DNA from: Adineta vaga
Lineage: Eukaryota > Animalia > Rotifera
Length of the DNA stretch: 64,000 bases
Direction of reading: 5' to 3'
NCBI GenBank assembly: GCA_021613535.1
Contig: CP075492.1
Coordinates: 7,006,001 to 7,070,000, forward strand
Below, one piece after another: positions 24,801 through 39,556 of this stretch; position 1 is the first letter of the stretch, and every line of letters starts with the position of its first letter. The notes beneath the pieces are model-generated. The model was not told the origin of the DNA. It did no database searches and was given only the letters and a program-made list of their open reading frames with translations. Both the position numbers and the translations under genes were made by a program.

Positions 24801-27800
24801 CAACATTCATTCAAAGCAATAAGCGAATGAATTGTGGTATAGGATAAAAATAATAGTAGAAGCGGATGCGATTTGGGAAAATAAGTTGGTCAACGATTTC
24901 ATATGTTTACCCATTGATTGCCGCATCGTTTCTGTCAATGTTGCACTACTCGAACTTTTGAAAATAGCAGATATACGACTTTTATTTATGAATCGACTAG
25001 TCGAAGTATTATCGGTTCCAACAGTAAATGTTTTTTCTAGAGATGCATTTGTACATATATATATATATATATATCAAATATTTATGATCATCTATAAAGT
25101 AGAAAAGAAGGAGGATAGATAACTTACTTGTTCGTGGTCGATCATAGAGAACACGTGTAGGAAGAAAATTTTGTAAACGATTTGTAGCTGAATGATGTGC
25201 TGTTTTTCGAATCGATAAGGGTGTGATATCAATCGATTCTGGCTCATCGCCATCACCTAATTCAGCTGAAAATGGCATTTTTGTTGGTGTTAGTTTTACA
25301 ATAGCATCAAAATATCGTTCTTGTTCGATACTGGCATTTGTATCACTCGATGAACCTAAAAGACAATGATGTTAGAAGACAGAATTCATTTGAAGAAAAA
25401 TCTTTACTTGTGTTCGTTTGTGGACCTTTAACCAGAAGATTAATGAAACCTTTATTACAAAAAGCAGAACCACGTAACAGAAGAGATTTTGTACGTGGAT
25501 TACGCCAAACAATAACCGGTACTCTATAATAAAATAGATATTCAATGATGAATGGAGAATTAAATCTTATCAATTTACCGTTGAAGTTTATGACAACGAG
25601 CAACTTTCTTTAGACTTTCATCAAGAATATCTTTTGGTAATACCAAAACTAAAGGATAACTGAAAAATAAAAGATAATCTAATGTAGCAAATATATTATC
25701 AAATAAAATGAATTACCTTCGACAAAATCCAAAATTTCGATTGATATGAGAAATACGAAAAGCATCATCACTGGTACCTATTAATGTACTCATCATCGGT
25801 GTTGTATTTGTTCCTCCAGCTATGGTCATATTGATACCGTTGCTATTGCTATTTCCATTCGTTATATTTCCAATTTGCTGACCATTACCATTTGTATTAT
25901 TATCATTGAGATTCGATGAAATAGGTAATGTAATCGTTGATGTTAATGATGTAACAGTTGACGTACGAATGGTTGAACGCGATGATGCAAATGTAGTGAC
26001 AATTAAACCTTGTCGAACGAAATCTTTATAAACAAAACTATCTGTAAAACGTTCAAGACTTTTGGTTTCATTTGATATGGTTGCATAACTATTTGTATCA
26101 TCAATTGCAGTCGATAATCGATCTTCATCTTCATCATCGCTATTATTACCGATAACACCTTCATCACATTCATGAATGGTTGATGGAGTTGTTAATGTGG
26201 AAATACCACTGATGGATCGATCATTACTATTTTGTAATGTTAATGATTTCGGTGAACGTGCATTTGCTAATGTTAAACTTCGTCGTGCGGGTTCAGGTGT
26301 ACGAATAAGAAGGTTCTGTTGATGTCGTGTTGAACCATTCAATGTTTTTCCACCACTCATGTTACTTGAACCATTTGATTTCAATCCAATATTTTGATGT
26401 GCTGTCAATTCTTTAGGTGGCATAAGACCTTTTTTACGTAGCACATTTCTTGCATATCGACCATATTTTCTAACAAGAGATAGATGTTGAATAATCAGTG
26501 AAGAAAGAAGAGAAAAAAAAATATAGTTTACTTGAGTGTTCCATCTTTTTGTTTGCTGATAACAGGATTATAATCACTGTATATTGAAAAGCAAAATGTT
26601 TGAAAAACTGATTCTGGATAACGTTTTTCTACAAGTTTGGTACGAAATTTTTCAACATCATCAACAAGTACTTCATCATCAAAGAAGACTTTTATCAACT
26701 AAGAAACAATGAACATCTGATTTCTTTCAAATCACAAGTAAATCAATGAACATACTTGAAATGTTGCTGATCGTAATTGAATACCATTATGTAGACAAAT
26801 ATTTGAATTATCCAAACGAAATTGACCAGAAAGTTTCTTTTCACGAATTAATGATGAAATTGGAAATGATCGAACAATCAAATAATCATTAGCAACTGAA
26901 AAAAAATGATTTTAAGATCACTTATCTAATGAAGTAATTTTAGAAGAACATACTTGCAGGATTAACTGGACGACCTTTGAAAATTAATCGATAATTTGTC
27001 ATGATTAACGCTCCTTCTGCTGGCAATAATGCATGTTGTCCAATAAAAAATTCATCTCGACCATCAGGTAAAAGATACGATCGAAGAGCGATCGATTCTT
27101 CATGCTCAAATAATTCTGGGATGGTAACAAAACGTGGTAGTAATGGTTTTGGCATTGGTGCTACTCGTCGTGTTTCACGATAGACTTTTTCCAAAACTTC
27201 AATTTGAATTTGAACAGTTTCTATGAAAGAAGAGAAAAAAACTAGTTTTTGTTTTTGAAAAACATTCAATCAAAATACATACGATAAAGTTTTGTATGAA
27301 GACTATTTTTATGTGTCGCATGGACTCCACTTTCATCACAAACTTTATCAACAAACTTCCTAACAAAACTAAGAACAAGATCAGTCACTTGATCATCATT
27401 ATTCAAATCAAAACCATGGCCACTATCGTGTGATCCAACTGTCGATGTTTCATCTGCATCTCTTACACTAAAACAAAAAAATTATGATCGAGCAAATTCA
27501 AAAACAAATTAACATACTTAAATGGATCATTTGAACTATGATAAAAATCACTTGTGACACTATCAGCATCGCCACCTGTACTATGTGAGATATGATTATA
27601 GATTGAATGTCGAATATTCGATGACGATGAAATATCTAATGGAAGTTTCATATAGACCATTAATTGAATATAATGAATAGCGAGAGCATAGAGTGTTTGT
27701 TCTTCAAGTTCTTCAATAGTACGTTGTTCTTCTGATGTTTTTTGTAAATAAAGACGCATTTGTTCAGCAGCTATTTCTAATGCTGTTTTCTCATGTACGG

Positions 27801-30800
27801 TTGTTCCATTTTGATGAGTTGAATTATCAAGTGTTGATTCAATTGAATTTGTTATTGTTGTCTTTGTAATTCAGAATAAAAGATAAAACTATAGAAATAT
27901 GTTTTAGTACTTACAGATCCTTGTTGTGTAACTGTATCAGCTGATGAAATTGATAATGAATCTGTTACACCTGAACTATCATTATGATGTTGATTATAAT
28001 CTTCATGAGATAGATATAAATTTCGTATTTGAAGTTGAACATCTGAATAGAATGACATCTCCCAAAATTGCATATTTGCCCATACAGCATGACGTTGAAT
28101 ATCTGTATAGATGAATTGTGTTGCTTCTTCACTTAATTTCTATTTAAAACAAAAGTAGAAAACATGTAGTTAACTTTGATAGAATTCTTGATACATACAC
28201 GATGAAAAGTTGTTGCTAAAGTTAATATCATATAAGCAATTCCATGTTCGTCAATTGATGAACTTGCCTAAAGAAAAGTAAGTAAATTTATTAAAAACTA
28301 GAAGTCTATAAGCAGCATAATGAAATTATACTTCAAGAGCACAATTGAGCAGATTAGCAATCATTTCAAATTGTTGATTATTTAATCTAGGTTTATTTTG
28401 TTTTTTATATGAGGCTAATTCATTACATAGAGCAATTCGTGCATCTTCATGACTTTTTATTGAATAAAATACTGCACCACTTGTCTATAAAGAGAAAGAT
28501 ATAGATAGATCTGAAATTTAAACGAAAAAAAAACTTTTCTCAACAAACTTTTTTTGCTTCAGCTATTTTATCACTGAAAATAAAACCCACACATTGTTTT
28601 AATACTTCTAAACGTCGTGCTGATTGCGATATATCAGTTCGACCATTGAGTACATGGATTGGTGTACCCAATTTTACAATACATGGTTGAGTAACTCGTG
28701 CAGAATATGGTCTACAAAGAAAACAAAACAAAACAATCGAATATGAATATTATATCGATCAAATATTTCTACCTGCTATTTTGTTGTTTTTTAATTCCTT
28801 CTTTGATTGCTGCATTGACTAATTCTTTATTGAGATGTGGAAATTCTGGTATACCATCTCGTGTGCAAATTGCTTGAGATGGTTGAGGAACTTTTTGTGT
28901 ATATGTTTGTTGTGGCGAAGGATTTTCCTAAACAATGAATGAAAAATATAGAAGAATCAATATGAATATTGATGATTTACATTCAATAAAAGTTGATTAG
29001 CTAATTCTTTGATATGTTCGAAAACAGCAAATGAATTATGTAGAGTAATTGGGTCAGTTTCACGTTTTAATTGATCATAAATAAATGCATAGACATCATC
29101 AAAGATATCACATGATCGAAATGGTGGACCACGTTCTTCAATAAACTTATGAAATGACATTGAATCAAGTACACGTAACATAAATTCATCATTAACTAGA
29201 CGGTGATGACCAAGAAAACTTGCCTTGAAAAGAAAAGAAAAGAAAATATAGATATAATGATCAATAGGAATAATTACTTTATGAAATGAAATCACTGGTT
29301 TAGGATTAATACGAATAATTAGTAGACAAGAACGATAACCAGCAAATAATTCCGAAAATAGACGAATAAATATAGCACGAATTTGTTTATCTTTGTTTGT
29401 TTCTTCTTTATATTTAGGATAATCAGCAACTAATTGACTTCCACTATCAGTTTTCATATTCATTCGACCATTTAATGGAAATGCTAAATCAGCTGCATGA
29501 ATATCCGGTTTAAGAATCTAAAATCATTCATTGTTATCTATCAATCAGAAACTCATCGAAAGATCTTTCTTTACTTGAAATAATGAACTTAAAACACGAT
29601 TATATGGTTTTTCAGGCATTGGAGCTAGTTTCACATTCTCTGTTAAATGAACACTAGCACCATCCAAATCAATCCATAAACCATCGAACTAAACAGAAAA
29701 TATTCAATATGAAAAAAACAAATTACTGAACACAAGAATTACATTAGCTAATGCTTGTAACTTTTGATCTGAATGAACACCGATTATGAAAGGAGTTGGT
29801 GCATCGAGTACTTCAATAAGATCAAATGGAAGCACAGGGATGAAAGTATAACTAGAGAAGAAATTATAATCAATAAAAGAAGAACAAGAGGAAAAATACT
29901 ATACCAATATTTAAGTGGAAATAAAAGAGATTCCACAGCTTTACAAGCTTCAGTTAATTTCCAATAGCTTTTCGAAAAGAATAAGATTTTAATATCTGAC
30001 AATGCAGCACAAAATATTGTGACAACATGATCAATTCCTAAAAATGAAATTCTAAAATTTAAATTTATATAAAATAATTGAACGTCTACCTAATTCTTTA
30101 AAAAGATTATATACAGATAGACCAGTACAAGGTACTGTCGGACTAGCTGGTGGTTGTATCACCTGTCGATCATCAGCACCGATTGAAAAGCGAAGAGCAT
30201 GTCCACCTAAATCGATTTCATAAAACGTTAATTATCTGTTTGTTTGTTTGTTTTGTTCATTATCTGATTGAATATACATACCTGGTGGTGGAACACTGAC
30301 ACTACCAAGAATATTACCAACAAGTGTTTCAATGCGAATATCTGACGAAGATTCGACATACGCCGTATAAACGATTCCCAAACAATTCTAAATTGTACAC
30401 AATAAGTTATTTTTTATGACAGTATTTCTAATTGATTAACTTACACGAAATGCTTCGAAACAATCTAGTTTTGATGTAAGTAATAAACATGTTGGTGCAT
30501 ACATCTGTGTTTTGGGTAAAAGAAATGCTGTATCATCTGCTTCATCACTACAGATCGTATTTTTATTCAGTAACGTATTGACCGTTGTTGTTGTTGTTGT
30601 TGTCGTCGTTGTTGTTGGTAAAAGAGTTTGATGAAATGTTAAACAAGCACAATAATGTCTTAAACCATCTAGATCTGTTAAAACTGATATGAAAAATGTT
30701 GGTAATTCATGCTTGGGCGTTAGAATCCATCCTTGTGGTTGACAGAAATGTATTATACGTGGATTAAATGGACAATCAGGCCAATCTTTATCAGGAAAAC

Positions 30801-30888
30801 GTTGAATAATTTTGCCACATGAACGACCACCTCGTTCTTCATCATGATCATAACCGACCACAAGAAAATAATCAGCTAAACGTTGCAT
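21880..30888 (-). CDS. SBF2: SET-binding factor / myotubularin-related pseudophosphatase (DENN, GRAM, myotubularin, C1, PH)
   Basis: [69 protein letters not shown] (inactive site), FGHRFSHR, C1 Cys pattern, PH domain GYLRKRG...[12 protein letters not shown]1 and SBF2 cannot be distinguished (invertebrates have a single ortholog). Confidence 0.92.
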
Positions 30889-30967
30889 GATAATAATTGG
30901 CAAGACAACATCTGAAAAAAGATTTCCTCGTTTCTGTTTTCAAATCTATGAATGAATCGATCAAACA

Positions 30968-31222
30968 GATGTTCTATTTGTTTCGCTACTCTACTACAAC
31001 TACGTCACCTGTGACCCTTTCTTTTCTTTCTCTTGCTATTGATTCGCGAGAAACGAACAAATCATAAATGAATGAATGCCAGAGACAAATAAACATCGAC
31101 AATGAAACATTCCTTTCCTTTCTTTTTCTTTCCTCTTATCATTGCATGCATATATATCGGTCAAATATACTATATAAACATTCTTATTATCAAATTATAC
31201 GTCATGCCGTTCCATAAATGGC
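30968..31222 (+). repeat. Diverged duplicate of the WAVE promoter/5' region, including an eroded start (ATG CCG TTC CAT AAA TGG)
   Basis: Collinear with 31817-32078: agatgttctatt..., gattcg.gagaaa.gaacaaatcataaa, acaaataaacatcga, tatatata, gtcatgccgtt. Confidence 0.8.
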
Positions 31223-31834
31223 TTATGTTTTCTCAGTAAAACTTGATATCAATAATCGAACGTTGCTTGACTTTAGCTACATATGCATTTTCAACTTTGA
31301 ATCTAACAAATAATCTCTTATTGTATGAATGCTTTCTCAAAAAATATCTAATCGAAGCACATATTCAGTTAAAGATGAGATTGTCTTTCTATATATATAT
31401 TTCAATGCGAAAAAATCAAGAACTTTGTAAGCTGTTTAATTAATGGCTCAATTAATACAAGAATGAGATCATCTTTTCGTTTAGCACCTTCCTTCATATC
31501 AGTGAATCTTTCTGATATCGTATTCCTGAAATACTTCAGTCACAAAATAAACATTTCAATGCACATAGATAACATAAAGACATCATTTGTGTTGTGAAAG
31601 ATCACACAAGATGTTTAGTTTCTGTTTAGATTATAAGATATCTAAATATCCTGAAGATAATGAGTAATGTGATTCGGATAGAAAGACCCATGTTCGCGTA
31701 TCGTCTTACTAATTCTATAGACTATTATTCATTCTTTCGGCTTTGCAATATCAGTAGAAACCTAGTGATGCTTTACTTCTCTTCTCTTTTCTTCGGACTG
31801 TCAGATTGAGTGAAAAGATGTTCTATTCGTTTCA

Positions 31835-31859
31835 CTACTACTACTACTACTACTACTAC
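31835..31859 (+). repeat. (CTA)n microsatellite
   Basis: About 8 consecutive cta units upstream of WAVE. Confidence 0.8.
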
Positions 31860-32059
31860 AGAAGTGACTGTGATTCTTTTCTTGTCTTTTTTCTTTTTAT
31901 CGATTCGTGAGAAATGAACAAATCATAAACAAGTGAATAGTAGAAACAAATAAACATCGAATCGACAAAGAATATATTCTTTGACTGACGTCACACAGGC
32001 GCGTTTTATATATATATATATATTCGATTAGTCGACAGTTAGTTATTAAACTAATTGTC

Positions 32060-33984
32060 ATGCCGTTTAATAAACGGACAATTGAACCGATTAAATTAAG
32101 TGAAGTACAAGTACCCAATGATATTCCTAATGAACTTGAATGTGTAGCGAATCATACTCTTGCGAATGTGATTCGGCAATTAAGTTCATTAAGCGCACAT
32201 GCACAGGATCTATTCGATGAATTAATCACTGATGCTGGACATATTTTTCAACGTACAGAAGCATTACATGGTCGAATCGAAAGACTTAAACTCCAAGTAA
32301 CACAATTGGATTCTAATGTTGACGAAGGTTTTCTTATTCATAAGAGTTCTAATCGAAACCATAATTTCGTATTGTTTTCTCTTTCTAGTTACTATTCAAG
32401 ATGTAAATAATCGTAAACCATTTGTTAGTGTTACTCGTATTGATCAACAAGTAGTTAATCGTGCCACAATGCCACAACCACTCCAATTACTGTATGAACA
32501 AGCTGAGCCTGCACCATCTCTTCATCTATTGAATCCATATCGGTTAGTATTTTATTTGATAAAAGCAGATAGTTATGTTTTGCTTTTATATAGAGATGAT
32601 GGTCGAGATTCAATGAAATTTTATACTGATCCATCATTCTTTTTCAATCTATGGATGCAATCTATGATTCAATTTCCACAAAATCAGCATGCACATCGAT
32701 CTGGTAAACATGAACGATTTCGATCACCGGTATGATTAATCGCAAGAAACCATTGTCATATTGATTAAAAATACGAAAATGATGTTATTCTCTTTTGTTT
32801 TGTTTAGAAAGGTTCCAAATTGCATCATCAAGAATCGATCTATGCTTCTAATCCAACGTCATCATCACAAGCTCGTCTTATTCAACAATCGTCTGAAGAA
32901 CAACAACAATATCGTAATCCACAAGAGCTTATTCGTCATCGTGGAGATTATGATTCTGTTGCTCGTACCAATATTCGATCTCAACAACAACAACAACAAC
33001 AGATTTATTCACCACCAAACCATCGACCTCTTTTACAATATCCAAATAATAATTCTCAACAACATCCAGATCTAATACAGTATGGTAGTCCAACATTGTC
33101 TTCTGCATCATCGTGTCGTGAACAACAATCCATGACAATGAATTTTAGTAGTGCGGGTACGCCGTTATCACCATCGAATGGACATAATGCAGAACAATCA
33201 CCAAGACTTAACATTCATTCACCAACAATTACTCGTCAAGCTCCTCTACCACCACCGCCGCCGCCACCATTATTAACACAATTCGAACCGAATCATGTGA
33301 TGATGCATTATCCACCAATGAAACAAATGGTCGCTAGACCATCAGCTAGTCCTCCACCTCCACCGCCTCTACCACCAAACACAGGTTTAGCAACACTTGC
33401 AACTATATCAGAATTTGATAATCTACCTCCACCACCTGCTGATTTTATCGAACGATCACCATCTCCTCCTCCACCACCACCACCACCGCCACTACCTCCT
33501 CCTTTGCCTCCTTCATTTACTTCTCAGGCACCTTCGCAGTCATCAAATATTCCACCGCCACCACCACTACCAAATTCTACGCTCCAATCATTAGTCATGC
33601 GACCTACAACGAATACAAATAGTAATACAGTGTCAGTATCTCAACGTGATGATGTTTCGATTACTTCAGAAACATCAATTCAAGATAAACGACCCTATAT
33701 TATGCGTGATCTTCATTCTGATCTACTAGATGAAATTAAAAAAGGTAAAAACAAATATCTCAATATATGTTTTCATTATTGGCAATGTTTTGTTGTATTT
33801 AGGTATTCAATTAAACAATCGTAAAAAGGAAGAAGAGAAAAAAGCAGCTGTAACAACAAAAACAAGTTCTCTCAATGTTATGGCAATTATGGAACAAGCC
33901 GCAAAATATCGTCGTGATAAAATCCGACCACAATCTGAATCAGAAAATGATGAAGAATCATCACGATGGGATGATAGTGATTGA
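32060..33984 (+). CDS. WASF: WAVE/SCAR (WASF family) Arp2/3 activator
   Basis: WHD (MPFNKRTIEP...ELECVANHTLANVIRQLSSLS...RDDGRDSMKFYTDPSFFFNLW), polyproline region, WH2 (DLHSDLLDEIKKGIQL), acidic tail with W (SSRWDDSD). Confidence 0.95.
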
Positions 33985-34673
33985 ATAAAATAACTCTTAT
34001 TTTTCGCTCTTTTTTATTCAAACAATATTGCTTCTTCTTTTCTTATATTCTCTAATTCTGTACAAATAATGTATACGTGCGTCTATCTTTTTTTGCTCTT
34101 TGTATTTATGACGTGTGAAAAATGTTTCTTTCTTAAAATAAGTAATATTCAGATGGATGATATACAATACAATCTTCGTACTAGTATTACTGATAGATGA
34201 TGCTACAAAACAAATGTAATATGATATCCAAATGATTGTCTTTATTCCATCTATCAATTACATACAAGAACAGAAGTTGTTTTTGTGATCACGATTTCTA
34301 ATAATAAGTATGAAAATATGACTTTTACTTGTGACGGGTAAATAATGCAAGTAGAATAGTTAAAGTGTTCAGAAAGATTACTACAGGAATTAAGTAAAAG
34401 CTTCTGTATATGTATCGTATTCACCGATTGGCATTTCCTGCAGAGAATGAATTGAATTCAAGTATTCTCCAATCATAATTTATCGAAATTCAAAACATTT
34501 ATATACAATTAGTTTATATATATGTGTGACGGATAAATTCGATAGAATTAAGTTTTAGAATTTTATTCGTATTAATATACACAACAAATAAACAATAACA
34601 GATTCAGATCAATGAGAGAAAATATTTTACACAGACATCACAACAAAATAGTTATATAAACGAGAAAATTCAT

Positions 34674-36825
34674 TCATGATGACGATGGTTGTAAGAGACT
34701 CATCTTTGTATAATAACGTAAACCGAGTAGAACAAAAAATGACACAGAAAAAAGTAGTATTCCAATAATAAGTGTAACTAATTCATGTGTGCCTGTTGGA
34801 ATAATGAAAAGTCTTAGACTAATTGTTGTCCAACGACTTTCTGTCCATGCTGGATATGTTGTTTGAGATAAATCATAATCATCAATAATAAAAGCTGGTG
34901 ACGTTGATCGTACAGATCGTATATATGAACGAACACAATAACCAGAATAAGATTGATCTCTATCCAAAGAAGGTAAATACCCACCAACAAATCGATACGA
35001 ACGAAAACTATCATTAAGTGCACGTTCTTTACATGTTATTTCTGTTAAATTTTGTGAATCAAATGAACGATCACGTAGAAAATAACTGAGAACATATTGT
35101 ATAAAAGGAAATGTTGGTGTTTTCGCTACAGGATAACTATTGATGGCAAATGGCATCGACGTTTGATCAAATGGTCGAAATGTATTTCCAACAGATTGAT
35201 TAGTAACATTCTGAATAAGATGACAATTGATATTTTTTAAAATACAATAAACTAAATTATTGATAATCTCCTGTTTAATCTGAACAATTCTTTGAGTACC
35301 AACAATTGATTCAAGTAATGTTTGAGCTAATGGTTCAATCAGACGTTTTATCCATCGACTAAGTTTCGTAGTCGTATTATATTCTAATGTTGATATATCA
35401 ATTGATAATGTAGATGGATCATCAAAAAATGAATGATAATAAGGATTGTTTAATTGTTTATTGTCAGCAGATGACAAGATATAAGCAGGAAATAATGAAG
35501 ATGATGTTTGTCGAAGAAATATCTGCGAAGATGCTGGTGGTAAAGGAGAATTAGATGGATTTGAATCGATCATAGGTTGATTACGACGTAGTATATCGAT
35601 AAATGTTTGATTAACTAATGATGATGGATAGGAATGAAGCTAAAATAATACGAAGAAAAACAAAAGCTCGATATGTTGAATAAAACCTTTCCTGTCTTTT
35701 CTTTAATCTTACCCAAACTTTATCCGTCATACTCAATGATTGAAGTTCAATAATCGAATGAATATGTTCTGGTTTAATACGTTGTTCATTTTTATTACCA
35801 ACTGGAAAATAATCTTTGGTCATATCATACATAAATTTAATTGAACCTGAATAATCCAATGCATCACCATCAATCGTAACAAAAATAATCTCTTTATTTT
35901 GTTTTTGAAATTCTTCTTGATATTGTCCAATCAGATGTGCAAGTGCAAGAAATGAAATAAGTGGTACAGCTGGTTGTTGAGTACCACCAGTAGATCCTTG
36001 CAATTTAATAAACATTTCAAAACTATCCGTTGTTGTTAAAATAAGAACAACTGATTTGAATTGACGTTGTTGAGGTATAGTTGTAATCATTTGAGGTAAT
36101 TTACTATAGATGTTTAAACCACCGATTGGATCACAAAATATTTCTGGAAGATCAATTAATGAATGTGCAATATCATTTCTTCTCATACATGTTTTTGATG
36201 TATGTGCTGCATTTTGAAATGTTTTCAATTCTAAACCACAAGCAGGTGATGAATGACTACTATTGAATTGTCGATAGAATTGTACTAATTGTTTGTAATC
36301 ATTTTCTTCATCGATTAACATAATTGGAAATGGAAATGAACGAAAAAATAAACCGGTTCCATGTGGATTCCAATTCACTGTTTGTGTTTGATTTAGATAA
36401 TAAGAATAACGATGATTGGGACATTGATCATCATGTGAAAAAGATGTCGGACGAGATAAATTTGATTTTAGATATAATAAAAGACCATTTAATTTTGAAT
36501 GAAGATGTGTCATTAATTGATCGATATGATTTGAATCAAATAATCTGACATTTAATACAATAATAAATGAAGTAACTGAATTGATTGTTTTACTATCTTG
36601 AAGATAAGTATTGAATTCAACATCATTATCAATCATATACATTCGACCAGAATTGCCTCTGATTGCAGATTGACAACCAATTTCATGTGTTGCATTAAGA
36701 CGACGAACACAATATCGTGCACGATCAAACGATATATACATTTCATCGCCAACACGTTTTGATTGAGAAAAAGAAATGAATAGAAGAGGCAAAACGAGGC
36801 TTATTAATAGAAATAAAAAATTCAT
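34674..36825 (-). CDS. NCSTN: Nicastrin (gamma-secretase subunit)
   Basis: Signal peptide, CVRRLNATHEIGCQS, WNPHGTGL...FPFPI, TCMRR, CDPIGG, DYSGS (DYIGS-like), SPAF, WTESRW, C-terminal TM. Confidence 0.95.
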
Positions 36826-37395
36826 AATGATCTAAAAGAAAAATAGAAATGTGGGCGTTCTTTTCTTCTTATGTAGAAAAATTCAGCTCAATGTTCAGTC
36901 GTTGACAGACAAGACATTTTATTGAGCACTCATATCAAAGAATGAGCTATCGTTGGTGGTGGTCTCCTTATATAAACCAGTAAAATAAAGATTTCAAAGT
37001 ATAAATATATATGTAAGTAATTTTTATGATGGATATCAAACATTAATTCATATCAAAGTTTGAATATACGATCATAAATTCTCTACATATAGATGTCCGC
37101 ACTAATCAATGTTACTGAATTCTATAAAATAGCAGACAAATATTAGTCTTGAATAACTGTCAGCTCTATTGTTTACAAGAAATCGAAATGATTTCTTGAA
37201 AATTTCGGTTGAATTAAATATATGGAATGATCGTTCTGCTTTTTATTTTATGAGGAAATATGACGGAGGAGAAACACAAATGATACCACTGTTCATTGTG
37301 AACATCGAAAAATAAAATCATGATTGAGATTATATAATCATTTAACACCGAGATTCAAAAAAAAAACGTTTGTTGTGAAATGCATTTGAATGGTT

Positions 37396-38978
37396 TCAAT
37401 TGATATCAACTGCCCATTTACTTGGTTTTCGACCAAACTAAATATTAAAAAGCAACAACAGGTAATTACTATTATGTAGAAAGAATGAAAAATTGCTTAC
37501 TTGAATAGCAACAATTTCATCGTGAAATCGAGTTGTTATTGGAGCTCCTAGATAAAATTATTCAGTAGATATATTACTATACAATAAATGAAAAGGCGGA
37601 CCTTCGTTCATGGTAGCTAGATCATACGATTTTCCTTCATAAACAATTCGTTCAACTGGACAAACAATTGCTGCTGTACCTGCACCAAACATTTCCAAAA
37701 GCTAATATCAAAACATAAACGTACAAAAGAAGTGTATGTACAATTCAATATATTCCTACTCGATTCTCTTGTTGTGCTTCTATAAGTTCATCCATGGTTA
37801 TCTCACGTTCAGAAACAGTCATATCTTTCTAAAATAAATTCGAATCATAATATTAGAAAAATTACTGTATTCATATTTTACCCATGTACGACCAAGATCA
37901 ATAATACTTTGACGAGTAACACCAGGTAAAATAAGTCCATTCAAAGGTGGTGTTACTAATTCAACACCACCCTTCTTATTTTTCAAGCACATAAATACAT
38001 TCATTGTACCAACTTCTGTAATATATCGTTTATCACCATACAACCATAATACTTGTTGGCAACCTTCTGCTTGAGCCATTTTATTAACATAAATAGTTGG
38101 CCCATAGTTTCTACATATTCACACGAAATTCAAAGATGAAAAAATAAATTAAAATACTGACGAGCCTGCCTTGAATGCACCCATACCACCAGGAAATGCT
38201 CGGCAATGAACAGTATCTGCTAGTAATGAAACAGGTTTAAAACCAGTTGGAAAATATGGACCAACAGGTCCTGTAATTACGAATAATAACGATTCTGATG
38301 AAGCAGCAACACCCAACGTTGGCTACATGAACTTCTTATTAAGTTAATTGTTTTAGAAAATTCAACAAAACATACTTCAGTGCCAATTAATGTTGGTCGA
38401 ATGTAAAGTGTACTTGATGTTGATCTAGGTACCCAATCAGCATCGACATGAACTAATTTTTTGATACATTCTAATAACTCATTTCCATCGAATGTCTATT
38501 CAAAGACAATTATTCTAATGAATATAATTGAATAAGAATTCTTACTGGTAAAACACTTCGTTCAGCAGTGGAAATCATTCGTTTCATATTTAAATCAGGT
38601 CGAAAGAGTCGAATTTTTCCATCAACACCACGATAAGCTTTCATACCTTCGAATAACTTGACAAAACACAAAATTTATATTGAGATGTTGAGTAAAAATC
38701 ATACGTACTTCGGTCGCATAGTGTAGTACTTTAGCACTGGGATGAATGGAAAGATCCCTTAATGGTTCAATCACTGGTTTGTCCCAGCCAGATTTATTCG
38801 TATGTTTAATTGTTAACATATGATCAGAAAAACTTGCACCAAAAACTAGTTTTTCTGGATCTGGTTTAGAATTGCCACGTTCAGTTTTCTTTATGATCGT
38901 ATCAGCAGCACGAAATGTTGAAGCCGTAGCATAACTACGTCGAGATGCCAATAGACAAAGTCTAGGTGTAAATAACAT
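37396..38978 (-). CDS. BCAT: Branched-chain amino acid aminotransferase (mitochondrial-type presequence)
   Basis: [75 protein letters not shown]. Confidence 0.95.
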
Positions 38979-39556
38979 GTCAGGAATTTCTCAATTGCAA
39001 GCAGATCTGGAATATAATACAAAAGAAATAGAGCAAATTCGAAAGAAGTAGAATTGAGATAAAGCACAAGCGATTTTTTTGAATTATTTTAATCAATGAG
39101 AATTTTAAATCAGCAATTATGGAATATGTACTTACATTATTCATGATAGATTGTAACTTACGAAAAATAATTGAACAATTCTGATAATACATGATGAAAA
39201 TTATTTTCAACAAAAAATTATTCACAATCATCTAGTGATCGTAGTCATACCTATAAATTTGCTGATCTTTTCTTTTTATCGTACGAAAATAGGCTAAGAA
39301 CTTTTAACCATTTTGAGGGTTCATGTACGCGAGTAACACGACCCTCCCTCGAAGCAGAAAATATCATCTGCATTATATGAGAAATCAGTTGAAATTTGTC
39401 AGGTGATTGAACGAATTACAATAGAGTAAGATAGATGGCGCTTAATATGGGGTTCTTCGTTCAGAGAGGTAGCACTGTAACAACTCGATAAGCAATGGTA
39501 AAATTAATATTCTTATTCTCATTCTTGTCTTGTAAACAGCCTGTTTTAAAAGGAAC

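Noticed and set aside
30583-30618. (GTT)n repeat
   Set aside because: Encodes a poly-Thr insert in the SBF uDENN region; ordinary coding microsatellite.
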